Of a stretch of DNA of 64,000 bases, positions 37,408 to 47,207 are shown one piece after another. The DNA is from Eubacteriales bacterium (GTDB lineage Bacteria > Bacillota > Clostridia > Oscillospirales > CAG-272), in contig JAZOVZ010000041.1 of the NCBI GenBank assembly GCA_045658965.1, positions 42,669 to 106,668 of the forward strand. The letters run 5' to 3'. A program made the translations under genes and the position numbers. Numbering within the stretch: the first letter of the stretch is position 1; each line of letters opens with the position of its first letter. The notes under the pieces were generated by a model that saw only the letters and a program-made list of their open reading frames with translations, was not told the origin of the DNA and made no database searches.

Positions 37408-38628
37408 TTAAATCAGCAGAAATTTTGCAAATATTCTACCAAGAACACCCCAAAATCCGATTTTTTCGATATTTTCTGTACTAAGAATACTCACGCTTCC
37501 AATCTGCTTTCCATTCAGCGTATAGATTACCTTACCAAGTTTGTCCCCGACACGTATCGGTGCTGCAAATGAAGGTGCTTCCAACTCGGCTTGCTCTTGA
37601 ATTTTCGCAATATCGGCTTTGGGCATGACGCAGTAAAACCCACCAAATTCTGCATTGACTTTGTTTTTCGTGCCTCCCGTTACCGGAATATCATACAACT
37701 TTCCTGCGGGTTTTGAGAACAACCCATAATTTGCGAATCCCCAATCAAGCAGCTGAGTCGCGATCTTGTTACGCGTATCCCTGTTCTCTGCCCCCATAAT
37801 CACACAGATCAGTGTCATGCCGTCGCGCTGCGCGGTTGCGCTGACGCAAAAGCCTGCCTTTGAGGTTGATCCTGTTTTCAACCCGTTACATCCCTTGTAA
37901 AAACGTACGAGTCTGTTTGTATTGGTCAGCCCGAACGCCCCGTCTCTGATCGTATCCATCCAGATCGAGCTGTATTCCAGTATTTTTTCGTGCTTGATCA
38001 GCTCGCGCGACATGATGGCAATATCGCGCGCGGACGTATAATGGTTTAGAGTCGTGTCATCAAGCCCGTTGGTGTTCTCAAATTTGGTGTTGATCATATC
38101 AAGCTGCAACGCCTTGTCATTCATCATTTTCACAAAGGATTGCTCGCTTCCTGCGATATGCTCGGCAAGTGCGAGTGCTGCATCGTTTGCAGACGCAATA
38201 ACTACACTCTTGATCATATCCTCCACACTCATGCGCTCGCCTTCTTTTAAGTAGATCTGCGAGCCGCCCATGGAGCATGCATGGGCGCTTGCTGTGACCG
38301 TGTCGTCCCATTTGATCTTCCCCTGCTCGATCGCCTCCATAACAAGCAACAGTGACATGATCTTTGTCACAGAAGCAGGCGGCAAGCTTTCATCCGCGTT
38401 CTTTTCAAACAGCACCTCACCGGTCTGTGCTTCCATTAATATTGCTGATTTACAATCAATCTCCCCTTCAAACGTGACCTTTTTATCGGTCGTTTCCCAC
38501 AGCGCCCAATCCTCCTCGCTGATCGGTACCGTCTGCGCTCCTGCTGCCATGGTCGAGACCATCAGCACCACCATCATACTGCCTGCCAACACTCTAAGCC
38601 AAATCTTTCGCGTTTTTCCTGACATCAT
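37408..38628 (-). CDS. D-alanyl-D-alanine carboxypeptidase (serine-type, PBP5 family)
   Basis: Signal peptide, then SVTKIM (SxxK), SANDAA (SxN), KTGST (KTG). Confidence 0.9.
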   Translation of the reverse strand: MMSGKTRKIWLRVLAGSMMVVLMVSTMAAGAQTVPISEEDWALWETTDKKVTFEGEIDCKSAILMEAQTGEVLFEKNADESLPPASVTKIMSLLLVMEAIEQGKIKWDDTVTASAHACSMGGSQIYLKEGERMSVEDMIKSVVIASANDAALALAEHIAGSEQSFVKMMNDKALQLDMINTKFENTNGLDDTTLNHYTSARDIAIMSRELIKHEKILEYSSIWMDTIRDGAFGLTNTNRLVRFYKGCNGLKTGSTSKAGFCVSATAQRDGMTLICVIMGAENRDTRNKIATQLLDWGFANYGLFSKPAGKLYDIPVTGGTKNKVNAEFGGFYCVMPKADIAKIQEQAELEAPSFAAPIRVGDKLGKVIYTLNGKQIGSVSILSTENIEKIGFWGVLGRIFAKFLLI

Positions 38629-38673
38629 ACTTCACCCCTTTCGATGCAATATATGACGTCCGTTACTCATGTA

Positions 38674-38708
38674 TGAAAAAACCGACTCGCCATGCGAGCC
38701 GGTTTTCA
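38674..38708 (-). terminator. Terminator after galM
   Basis: The minus strand reads AAAACCGGCTCGC-ATG-GCGAGTCGGTTTTTTC. Confidence 0.65.
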
Positions 38709-38712
38709 AAAA

Positions 38713-39768
38713 TTATTTTACATAGAACTTAAATTCGGTGGTGGTATTATAAAGCTCACCGGGCTTTAAGACGCAGTTGGTAAAGTCAGGACGATTGGGA
38801 CTGTCGGGCATGATCTGGGTTTCTAAGCAGAAGGCATTTTGCGTTGCCTTTCTGTAACCGCCATAGAACGGGTGTCCGTCGTCGGTTAAGAAGTTGCCGC
38901 TATAGAACTGCACGCAGGGCAGATCGGTACGCAAGTCCATCGCTCTGCCGGTCACCGGATCGTACGCGGTTGCCACGCGCTTGATCTGACCGTCGTAGTT
39001 ATCAAAGCACCAGCAATGGTCATAGCCGCCTGCGATCTTAAGATCGTTGTCCTCGACAAAGAAATCCTGTCCGATGGGCTTCGCGGTACGGAAATCGAAA
39101 GGCGTTCCCTCTACCGATGCAATTTCAGTGGGAATCAACTGCTCGTCGGTTTTGAGATAGCGACCCGCATCCATTTGCAGCACCTGATCAAACACCTTAC
39201 CGGATGCATAGCCACCCAGATTGAAATATGCGTGATTGGTCAGGCTGATGACGGTCGTTTTATCGGTAATCGCCTTATAATCGATTGCAAGCGTATCATC
39301 CTCTGTAATACGGTAAGTCACGGTGCAGGTCAGCTCACCGGGAAATCCCTCGTCCATATCGGGAGAGATCAGTGAGAAATAAACGCTGGGCTGCGTGGTA
39401 TCCGAGTAAGAGGATGCCCACAGCTTATGCGAAAAACCAACCTTACCGCCGTGCAGCGTATTGCTATTATTGTTGGGATACAGCGTGTATTCCTTCCCTT
39501 CCAAGGTAAAGCGCGCGCCGCCGATGCGGTTGCCAAAGCGACCGATCAGGGCACCGACGTACCCGTCGGACTCCATAAGGTCTTTCAAACAGTCATAGCC
39601 GCAAAGCACGTTGGTAAAGCAGCCGTTCTTATCGGGTGCCTCAATGCTCATGAGCGTGCCGCCGAATTCACAAACCTTGGCACGAATACCGCCTACGTGG
39701 TGCTGCAAGGTATAAACGTATACCTCGCGTCCATCGGGCATATAGCCGAACAATTCTTTGGTTACCAT
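38713..39768 (-). CDS. galM: Aldose 1-epimerase (galactose mutarotase)
   Basis: LHGGKVGFSHKLW, NHAYFNL, and a C-terminal ...FCLETQ. Start is the ATG just downstream of the galE stop. Confidence 0.88.
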   Translation of the reverse strand: MVTKELFGYMPDGREVYVYTLQHHVGGIRAKVCEFGGTLMSIEAPDKNGCFTNVLCGYDCLKDLMESDGYVGALIGRFGNRIGGARFTLEGKEYTLYPNNNSNTLHGGKVGFSHKLWASSYSDTTQPSVYFSLISPDMDEGFPGELTCTVTYRITEDDTLAIDYKAITDKTTVISLTNHAYFNLGGYASGKVFDQVLQMDAGRYLKTDEQLIPTEIASVEGTPFDFRTAKPIGQDFFVEDNDLKIAGGYDHCWCFDNYDGQIKRVATAYDPVTGRAMDLRTDLPCVQFYSGNFLTDDGHPFYGGYRKATQNAFCLETQIMPDSPNRPDFTNCVLKPGELYNTTTEFKFYVK

Positions 39769-39773
39769 ATCAT

Positions 39774-40793
39774 TTATTCTCCATATCCGTCCGGATTCAT
39801 GGTTTGCCAACGATATGCATCCTCGCACATACGGTTAATATCGTATTTTGCTTTCCAGCCAAGCTCTTTTTCTGCCTTGGCAGGATCTGCATAGCAGGTT
39901 GCGATATCACCGGGACGGCGCTCCACAATGCGGTAAGGCAGGGGCTTGCCCGTAGCCTTTTCAAATGCGTGTACAACCTCAAGCACCGAATATCCCTTGC
40001 CTGTGCCGATATTGAAGTAATCAATTCCCTCTTTGCTCATAGCCAGCTCAAGTGCGGAAAGATGCGCCTGTGCAAGGTCCACGACGTGAATATAGTCACG
40101 CACGCCAGTACCGTCGGGTGTGGGATAGTCATTGCCGTAAACGCGCAGATATTCGCGCTTGCCGGATGCAACCTGGGTAATATAAGGAAGCAGATTGTTG
40201 GGAATTCCATTGGGATCTTCACCGATCAAGCCGCTCTCGTGTGCACCGATGGGGTTAAAATAGCGCAAAATGGAAATTCTCCACGAAGGGTCGGAAACAA
40301 AGGTATCCTTGAGAATACGCTCGATCATGTGCTTGGTCTCACCGTAAGGGTTGGTGGTGTTGCCCGTGGGGAAATCCTCTCTGATCGGCACGGTTGCAGG
40401 ATCACCGTAAACCGTTGCGGAAGAGCTGAAAACGATAGTCTTTACGTTATGCTCTTTCATGGAATTACAGAGGTTGATCGTGCCTGTGAGATTATTGTGA
40501 TAGTATGCAAGAGGCATGCTGACAGATTCGCCGACCGCCTTAAGACCTGCGAAGTGAATGCAGGAATCGATCTCGGGGCACTCGTCAAACATGCGGTCAA
40601 CCGCAGGCTTATCCAAAAGGTCGATTTCGTAGAATTTGAAGTCCTTGCCGGTGATCTTGCGAATACGATCCAATACGCAAGGCTTGCTGTTAGAGAAGTT
40701 ATCTAAAATGACAAGCTCATAGCCCTTATTCAAAAATTCAACTGCAGCGTGAGAGCCGATAAAGCCCGCACCGCCCGTAATCAATACTGCCAT
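39774..40793 (-). CDS. galE: UDP-glucose 4-epimerase
   Basis: VLITGGAGFIGSH Rossmann motif, catalytic YGETKHM (YxxxK). Confidence 0.95.
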   Translation of the reverse strand: MAVLITGGAGFIGSHAAVEFLNKGYELVILDNFSNSKPCVLDRIRKITGKDFKFYEIDLLDKPAVDRMFDECPEIDSCIHFAGLKAVGESVSMPLAYYHNNLTGTINLCNSMKEHNVKTIVFSSSATVYGDPATVPIREDFPTGNTTNPYGETKHMIERILKDTFVSDPSWRISILRYFNPIGAHESGLIGEDPNGIPNNLLPYITQVASGKREYLRVYGNDYPTPDGTGVRDYIHVVDLAQAHLSALELAMSKEGIDYFNIGTGKGYSVLEVVHAFEKATGKPLPYRIVERRPGDIATCYADPAKAEKELGWKAKYDINRMCEDAYRWQTMNPDGYGE

Positions 40794-40810
40794 TTGTGGG
40801 TCCTCCGTTT

Positions 40811-41911
40811 TTACAAATATTTTTGAATGATCAAATTCATCTGATCCATTTTTTGTTCCATATCGGCAACCAGCTTAAACTGATTACGCGCACGGTCAAG
40901 ATTATGCTGAGAATACGACGTCCTGAAATAGGTGTCACCGTTGAGGTAATCGGTCAGGAAGCGAATACCCGTTTCCAAGGTCAATATGTATGCACCCATG
41001 GGCAAGGAGAGGATCTCCTCTTCGGTCAGCGAATGATCAAGCCCTTCGATAAAACCCTTCGCAAAGGCATCAAACATTTCAAGTCTGACGTACACCTTGT
41101 CAAGATCGGTCTCGTCCTCTGCGGCAGACGATGCACCAAAACGAATGCTGTCACCAAAATCAGCCAGAACCGAACCGGGCATGACGGTATCCAGGTCGAT
41201 TACGCAAATTCCCTCACCCGTTTCATTATCAAGCATGATATTGTTGAGCTTGGTGTCGTTATGCGTCACGCGCAGAGGAATTCTGCCGTCTGCAATACGC
41301 TCGTTGATATAGCTGCAGACTTCCTGTCTGCGCAGCACGAATGCGATCTCGTCACGCACGCTCTCGCGTCTGTCGGCTGCATTGTTTTCCATTGCGGTAA
41401 TAAACTGATTGAATCTATCCTCGGTATTATGGAAATTCGGAATCGATTCAAACAAAACGGATGCGTCAAAATCAGCAAGCTGACGCTGGAAAATACCGAA
41501 CGCCTTGCCCACCTTAGTAAACATTTCTTCGGATTCCACAGCCTGGTAGCAGGTTGCGTTCTCAACGAAATCATAAGCACGCCAATAATTTCCGTTTTGA
41601 TCCAAATACGCATAATGACCGTCCTTGGCGGCAACCACATGCAGCGTACCGCGTTCAACGTCGCCTCCGGTTGCGATCAGCTTACTTTCAATATGCTTGG
41701 TTACGTGCAGAATATTCTGCATAACTTCGTCGGGCTTTTTGAAAATGTTGGTATTCACGATCTGCATAACGTAGCGATGCAATCCGTCTTCTGCGCTGCA
41801 ATCAACGAAATAGGTAGAGTTGATATGCCCCGTTGTGCATTCGGTTACCGAAATGGGTTGTCCCATGAAATTAAAATGCTCGGCTATTAAAAAAATTTGT
41901 GCTTGATTCAT
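40811..41911 (-). CDS. Anomeric sugar kinase of the aminoglycoside-phosphotransferase fold (N-acetylhexosamine 1-kinase NahK/LnpB- or AmgK-like)
   Basis: GHINSTYFV, VTHNDTKLNNIML (HxDxxxxN), IDLDTVMPG. The N-terminus aligns by eye with Bifidobacterium NahK. Confidence 0.7.
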   Translation of the reverse strand: MNQAQIFLIAEHFNFMGQPISVTECTTGHINSTYFVDCSAEDGLHRYVMQIVNTNIFKKPDEVMQNILHVTKHIESKLIATGGDVERGTLHVVAAKDGHYAYLDQNGNYWRAYDFVENATCYQAVESEEMFTKVGKAFGIFQRQLADFDASVLFESIPNFHNTEDRFNQFITAMENNAADRRESVRDEIAFVLRRQEVCSYINERIADGRIPLRVTHNDTKLNNIMLDNETGEGICVIDLDTVMPGSVLADFGDSIRFGASSAAEDETDLDKVYVRLEMFDAFAKGFIEGLDHSLTEEEILSLPMGAYILTLETGIRFLTDYLNGDTYFRTSYSQHNLDRARNQFKLVADMEQKMDQMNLIIQKYL

Positions 41912-41939
41912 AACATTCCTTTCAATGCTGTTTGTTTTT

Positions 41940-42836
41940 TCAGTTCCAAAGCGAATCCGGATATACGCCGCTTTCAATCATGCTCTTGATGGAAGACTTC
42001 ACGTATTCCTTATCTTGCGTATAAGTTACACCGTACCATTGTGCGTCGGTTTTATAAACTCTTACGTCGCAAAGACCTGCCTTCATAAAGCTATCAACTG
42101 CGCCTGGAATAAAATATTCGCTCTTGAGTTCGGTGCCTCTCTGTGCAAGAAATTCTTTGAAGCCATCGGCAAGTTTGGAGGCGATCGACGGTGTCATGCC
42201 CCAGAAGTTCATCGATACCACGGTATCTCTCGGGAGCATCACCCAATCCCCGTTCTCATCGCGATAAGCTGCATCTTCACCAACACGCTTAATATCCGTG
42301 CGTTCGGTCACACCGTCCAGCATGCCGTTCTCATTGACAAAGCACTGTCCGCGCGAGACCGTTCCGCTATCCGAAAGCGTGTTGCCAAGGCTATAGCCCA
42401 CCATACAATAATGATCTCCGTCAGCATGGTTTTTCAAATGCTCAGCAGCCTTAAAGAAAGCATCACGACCGTAAAAGTCATCCGAATTGATCACAGCAAA
42501 GCATTCTGTCAAATATTCTCTTGCCGCATAAAGTGCGTGACCCGTGCCCCAAGGCTTTACTCTGCCTTCGGGAACCGTATAGCCATCGGGCAGATCGTCC
42601 AATTCCTGAAATGCATAAAAGGTCTGCACGTGCTGAGAGACTCTCTTTCCAACGGTTTCTGCAAATGCTTGATAATTTTCTTTCTTAATGATGAATACTA
42701 CCTTATCAAAGCCCGCTTGAATAGCGTCATAAATAGAAAAATCAATGATAAATTCTCCGTGCTCAGTCATGGGATCAATTTGCTTGAGTCCACCGTAACG
42801 AGAGCCCATACCCGCTGCTAAAATTACAAGTGTCAT
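41940..42836 (-). CDS. Sugar-1-phosphate nucleotidyltransferase (NTP_transferase fold)
   Basis: LAAGMGSRYGGLKQ N-terminal signature. 298 aa. First gene of the operon. Confidence 0.72.
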   Translation of the reverse strand: MTLVILAAGMGSRYGGLKQIDPMTEHGEFIIDFSIYDAIQAGFDKVVFIIKKENYQAFAETVGKRVSQHVQTFYAFQELDDLPDGYTVPEGRVKPWGTGHALYAAREYLTECFAVINSDDFYGRDAFFKAAEHLKNHADGDHYCMVGYSLGNTLSDSGTVSRGQCFVNENGMLDGVTERTDIKRVGEDAAYRDENGDWVMLPRDTVVSMNFWGMTPSIASKLADGFKEFLAQRGTELKSEYFIPGAVDSFMKAGLCDVRVYKTDAQWYGVTYTQDKEYVKSSIKSMIESGVYPDSLWN

Positions 42837-42951
42837 TGTGCTCCTCCTTATTTATATCCGGTTTGTACCTGTATATTATAATTATACTACAATAATACCG
42901 AAAATGCAATATCATAAGTGTGAATTTTCGATTCTTTTGTGTGTTTTTCTA

Positions 42952-42980
42952 TTGACAATTCGGATAAAATTTATTATAAT
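42952..42980 (+). promoter_or_regulatory. Consensus sigma-A promoter of the Crp/Fnr regulator gene
   Basis: TTGACA, 17 nt, TATAAT. Confidence 0.65.
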
Positions 42981-42983
42981 AAA

Positions 42984-43001
42984 GTGTATCATATGAGACA
43001 C
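42984..43001. promoter_or_regulatory. Candidate Crp/Fnr-type operator (18-bp near-palindrome) just downstream of the -10
   Basis: GTGTATCATATGAGACAC; TGTnn-N6-nnACA symmetry with two symmetric mismatches. Confidence 0.4.
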
Positions 43002-43012
43002 ATGGAGGATGC

Positions 43013-43675
43013 ATGAAAGACATCACGCAAATCTTGAATAAGCTTCCGATCACGGCATGTGCAAGCACGAGCTGCATCGAGAAAGCCTCTTTGGTCGCTA
43101 TGCCTGCGTTTATACGAATACAACGCGATCAGACGATCCTATCCCCCGGACAAACAGGCGACGCACTTTACGTGTTATGCGAAGGCCGTGCCGCCGCTTA
43201 TTCTGCGGATGAGGACAAAAACGTGTTGCTGCGCACGTTTGAGCCCTATGAAATGTTCGGCATTTCCAACCTGTTTACAGATCAGCCTTTTGTCACAAAG
43301 ATCATTGCCAAAACGGACTGCACCGTGCTTGTGTTGTATAAGCCGTTTTTGACCTATCTCATTGATCATGACGTTGCAGTGAGATACCAATATATCGCTT
43401 TTCTTGCCCAAAAAACACTGTATCTCAACCAAAAGATCTCTTGCTTGACTGCGGGATCAGCCGAACAAAAGTTAGCCTACTGGTTAGACGCGAATGCCAG
43501 CGGTGACGTTGTACACACGCAGATACCCATGAATGCGCTTTGCACCATGCTGGATATCGGCAGAGCTTCCCTATACCGCGCTTTTGACAAGCTTGAACAA
43601 GAAGGCTTTATTATCCGTGAACAAAAAACGGTGCGGATTCTTGACCGTGACCGTATGTTACATAAATACAAGTGA
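43013..43675 (+). CDS. Crp/Fnr-family transcriptional regulator
   Basis: cNMP-binding-like N-domain and C-terminal HTH ...MLDIGRASLYRAFDKLEQEGFI. Confidence 0.85.
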   Translation: MKDITQILNKLPITACASTSCIEKASLVAMPAFIRIQRDQTILSPGQTGDALYVLCEGRAAAYSADEDKNVLLRTFEPYEMFGISNLFTDQPFVTKIIAKTDCTVLVLYKPFLTYLIDHDVAVRYQYIAFLAQKTLYLNQKISCLTAGSAEQKLAYWLDANASGDVVHTQIPMNALCTMLDIGRASLYRAFDKLEQEGFIIREQKTVRILDRDRMLHKYK

Positions 43676-43691
43676 AAGGAAAAAACAACTC

Positions 43692-44696
43692 ATGAAAAAC
43701 ACAATCAAAATCTTCTCCGTACTTCTCACCCTCGCGCTTGCGCTTTTCGTGCTTACGGGCTGTATCAATCAAAATCCCGATCCCGAAAAAGTGCCTGCAC
43801 TTGAAAACGTTAACGTAATGGTGCTCAACGGCACGACCGGCTTTGGCATGGCAAAGCTGATTTCTGACAACAAGAACGGCACTGCCGCTCTGCACTATAC
43901 CGTTTCCGTTGAGACCGATGCTTCCAATATCACCGCATCTCTTGTCAGCGGCTCGTGCGACATCGCTGCTCTGCCCACCAATGCAGCAGCTAACGTAGCC
44001 ATGAAAACAGGCGGCGGCGTTAAGGTCATTGCAGTCAATACGCTTGGCGTACTTTATGTCATGAACAACACCGAGAAGGTGTCTGTTTCCTCCTTTGAGG
44101 ATCTGCGCGGCAAGACCGTTTACTGTCCCGCACAGAATCCCACCTTCCTGTTCAAGGCTGTATGCGAGGCAAACGGTTTAAAGGTTGGCGAGGATATCAT
44201 CATTGATAACACCTATGCGCAGCCCGCGGATCTCCGCACGGCTCTCGCTTCCGGTCTGGTTGATATCGCTGTATTGCCCGAGCCTATGGTCACCATTGCC
44301 AAGAGTGCTAACGCTTCCCTGGCAGCCTCTCTTGATCTGACCGCAGAATGGGAAAAGCATTACCCCGCCAACTCCTTGATGCAGGGCTGTGTTGTTGTGC
44401 GCACCCAGTTTGCAGAGCAGCATCCCGACGCGGTTCAAGCATTTTTGAACGAATATAAAGCATCCATTGAATTTGTCAACGGTAATCCTACGGAAGCTGC
44501 CAATATGATCGTTGATGCAGGCATCTTCGCGCAGGCACCCGTAGCGGCAAAGGCGATCCCCAATTCCAATATCTGCTATATTGACGGTGCCGAAATGAAA
44601 GCGGGCTTGCAGAAGTTCTATGAAATCCTGTACGCTGTCGCTCCCGCTTCGATTGGCGGTCAGCTGCCTGCAGATGACTTCTATTACGTTCCGTGA
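43692..44696 (+). CDS. ABC transporter substrate-binding lipoprotein (NMT1/SsuA/TauA-like)
   Basis: Lipobox LTGC after a signal peptide. Lies with a NitT/TauT-type permease and ATPase. Internal ATG start used. Confidence 0.8.
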   Translation: MKNTIKIFSVLLTLALALFVLTGCINQNPDPEKVPALENVNVMVLNGTTGFGMAKLISDNKNGTAALHYTVSVETDASNITASLVSGSCDIAALPTNAAANVAMKTGGGVKVIAVNTLGVLYVMNNTEKVSVSSFEDLRGKTVYCPAQNPTFLFKAVCEANGLKVGEDIIIDNTYAQPADLRTALASGLVDIAVLPEPMVTIAKSANASLAASLDLTAEWEKHYPANSLMQGCVVVRTQFAEQHPDAVQAFLNEYKASIEFVNGNPTEAANMIVDAGIFAQAPVAAKAIPNSNICYIDGAEMKAGLQKFYEILYAVAPASIGGQLPADDFYYVP

Positions 44697-44703
44697 TCAT
44701 TCC

Positions 44704-45465
44704 ATGAAACGCATTCTTAAATACACACTTATCGTATTATTCTGGCTGGGGCTTTGGTGGGCGGTATCCGCTATTGTGAATTTGCCGCTCATCCTCCCCT
44801 CTCCCATTGACGTATTGATCAAGCTGGGAGAAATGAGCGCGACAACGCTTTTCTGGCGTGTCATGCTGATCTCATCAATACGCGTGCTCATTGGCATAGT
44901 GATCTCATACGCAGCCGCTTTTGCGCTTGCGCTTGTATGCCACCGCGTCAAATTCTTGTACGACTTTTTCATGCCCGCAATTTCCGTTATCAAGACCACG
45001 CCGGTCACTTCGTTTATATTGATCGCGTTCGTTCTGATGCACCGCGATATGATCCCGGGCTTGATCGCCGCGCTGATCGTATTCCCTGTTGTGTTTTCCA
45101 ATACGATTGAAGGACTTCGAGCAGTACGCCCGGAGCTGGTGGAAACGGCAACGGCATACAATCTCCGCTTCAGAGATCGCGCCAAATGCATCTGGATTCC
45201 AACGCTGCGTCCGTTTATGATCTCGGCAGCTGGTGCATCGGTCGGTCTTGCGATCAAAGCAGGAGTTGCTGCGGAGGTGCTGATCTGCCCGGAGGTTTCG
45301 GTTGGCAAATATATCTTCCAAGCAAAGCAAAATATGGAATACGTTGAGCTGTTCGCCTGGACGGTAGCCATCGTCATCTTTAGTTATCTTTTGGATATAG
45401 CATTCAAGCTGGCGCTTAAGCGCATCAAGCGCATGACCAGAAAGGAGGCTGCTTATGAAAATTGA
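44704..45465 (+). CDS. ABC transporter permease (NitT/TauT family)
   Basis: Six TM helices and an EAA-like loop ...IEGLRAVRPELVETATAY. Confidence 0.85.
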   Translation: MKRILKYTLIVLFWLGLWWAVSAIVNLPLILPSPIDVLIKLGEMSATTLFWRVMLISSIRVLIGIVISYAAAFALALVCHRVKFLYDFFMPAISVIKTTPVTSFILIAFVLMHRDMIPGLIAALIVFPVVFSNTIEGLRAVRPELVETATAYNLRFRDRAKCIWIPTLRPFMISAAGASVGLAIKAGVAAEVLICPEVSVGKYIFQAKQNMEYVELFAWTVAIVIFSYLLDIAFKLALKRIKRMTRKEAAYEN

Positions 45466-46024
45466 GCATTTGTCCTTCTCTTTTGACAACAAACAAATTT
45501 TTGACGATCTCAACCTTGAAATCAAGGACGGCAGTATCACGGCTTTGATGGCACCCTCCGGACATGGCAAAACAACGCTGCTTCGGTTGATTGCCGGCCT
45601 CATCAAACCGCAAAGCGGAAATATTGAAACGCACGGACAATCCGTCGGCATCATGTTTCAGGAGCCGCGCTTGTTCGGACAATTGACCGCTCTGCAAAAC
45701 GTCATGCTTGTCATCAAAGACAAGCAACAAAAAAAAGAACGCGCTCTACAGTTACTGCAAGCCTTTGGCGTATCGGATGCATCCGACAAGTATCCGGACG
45801 AGCTTTCAGGCGGTATGGCAAAGCGCGTCAGCCTTGCCAGAGCGATCGCGTATGATCCCGATATTTTGCTGTTGGACGAGCCCTTCTCCGCATTGGACGA
45901 AAATACCAAGGCAGAGGTAATTGCCTCCACCAAGCAGCTTCTCAATGGCAAAACGGTATTACTGGTCACACACGATGCAAAAGAAGCGGCGGCGTTTGCC
46001 GACCATATCGTAACCTTATCGTAA
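45455..46024 (+). CDS. ABC transporter ATP-binding protein (compact, 189 aa)
   Basis: Walker A APSGHGKTT, Q-loop FQEP, signature LSGGMAKR, Walker B LLLDEPF, H-loop VTHD. Confidence 0.88.
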   Translation: MKIEHLSFSFDNKQIFDDLNLEIKDGSITALMAPSGHGKTTLLRLIAGLIKPQSGNIETHGQSVGIMFQEPRLFGQLTALQNVMLVIKDKQQKKERALQLLQAFGVSDASDKYPDELSGGMAKRVSLARAIAYDPDILLLDEPFSALDENTKAEVIASTKQLLNGKTVLLVTHDAKEAAAFADHIVTLS

Positions 46025-46026
46025 AT

Positions 46027-46070
46027 AAAGCACTTACTGCAGCGGATTTTCCGTTACAGTAAGTGCTTTT
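46027..46070. terminator. Bidirectional terminator
   Basis: AAAGCACTTACTG...CAGTAAGTGCTTT with an inner CGG/CCG extension. Confidence 0.7.
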
Positions 46071-46072
46071 CT

Positions 46073-47191
46073 TTATTTTTCAGTTGCTATTGGATGATCG
46101 CTCATCAATCGCAGATCCAACATTTCAGCGATCAATAACAGCATAAGATCACGTTCCCTTTGATCCAGATCGTTAAACGTACGGATCATAGTGATAATAT
46201 GCTTCAAGCTGCGCGCATTGAGTTCCGAAAGCGTTTTTACACCGGTAGATTCCAGCATGCCGAACAGCACGTCAACAAAATGCTTTCTTGCTGCCACAGG
46301 CAAAGCATGAATACGGTCATTGAGAAGCATTGTATCTCCAACGCCCTTCGACAGTTTCTTAGCTCTTACAAAGTTTCCGCCCATGACCTCCCAGCTGACT
46401 GCATCGTGTTGAAAAACGCCGATCTGCTTACTCTTCACAACTCTTCGTTTGTCCTTATTTTCAAAGAACATACCAATCACAGAGTTCTGCGGCATATAGA
46501 TATGAAACTTATGCTGCGCTTCAATATACTCGGGAAGCTCGGTGAATTCCTGAGAAAAACCCGGGCCATCGTTACTGAAAGCCGCTACAATACGATTTTG
46601 ATTTTCCGGAGCGCACTTGACCGCTGCATACAGTGCCAGATGCCCTCCTTTGGAATGTCCTCCGATATAGAAATTCCCGCTTTGTGCAGCACATACGCTA
46701 TCGACGTATTCCACAACACGCCGTTGAGAAGGAATCTCATCAAGAAACAGCAAATTAAAATCTTCCTTCCAGCCAACGATGGTATCGTCCGTTCCGCGGA
46801 TACTGATATACGAGATCTTCTCTTTCAGTCTGATCGTCAAGGCACAGAACTGCTTTTCCTCATTAAGATCAATCTCATTGACAAATGCGGAAAGCGTTAA
46901 ATCTCCAAACCTTTTACTCTCCGCCATCATGCGGAACATCTTATAGATCTGCGCTGAGATGACCAAGCCGGGGCCCTTGTTCTTTTTGATATCATTTTCA
47001 AAGAAAAACTGCATTGCAGCCTGCTTGATCGTAACGGGTGGAGCGGTGGGATCCGAAGAAACGATGCCCGAAAAATCCACAAATGCAAGCAAGGACAGTA
47101 TAAGGTTATCCACTTCACCAAGCTTGACTTGATCAAAGGTGATGTCTCCGCGCCATTTCAGATAATCAATGATATTTGCCATTGCAAGCAC
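46073..47191 (-). CDS. DUF2974 (Mbeg1-like) alpha/beta-hydrolase-fold protein
   Basis: IIDYLKWRGD N-terminus, YISIRGTD, and the nucleophile elbow GGHSKGG. Confidence 0.7.
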   Translation of the reverse strand: MLAMANIIDYLKWRGDITFDQVKLGEVDNLILSLLAFVDFSGIVSSDPTAPPVTIKQAAMQFFFENDIKKNKGPGLVISAQIYKMFRMMAESKRFGDLTLSAFVNEIDLNEEKQFCALTIRLKEKISYISIRGTDDTIVGWKEDFNLLFLDEIPSQRRVVEYVDSVCAAQSGNFYIGGHSKGGHLALYAAVKCAPENQNRIVAAFSNDGPGFSQEFTELPEYIEAQHKFHIYMPQNSVIGMFFENKDKRRVVKSKQIGVFQHDAVSWEVMGGNFVRAKKLSKGVGDTMLLNDRIHALPVAARKHFVDVLFGMLESTGVKTLSELNARSLKHIITMIRTFNDLDQRERDLMLLLIAEMLDLRLMSDHPIATEK

Positions 47192-47207
47192 TCCTTTCGG
47201 TCAATTT

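Noticed and set aside
35995-37572. 525-aa ORF on the plus strand
   Set aside because: It is antisense to pgi and to the 3' end of the DD-carboxypeptidase gene. It has no motifs and no SD, so it is a shadow ORF.
45455-46024. The ABC ATPase looks truncated (189 aa)
   Set aside because: Walker A, Q-loop, LSGGM signature, Walker B and H-loop are all present in order, and the stop is followed by a terminator. It is a compact but complete NBD, not a pseudogene.
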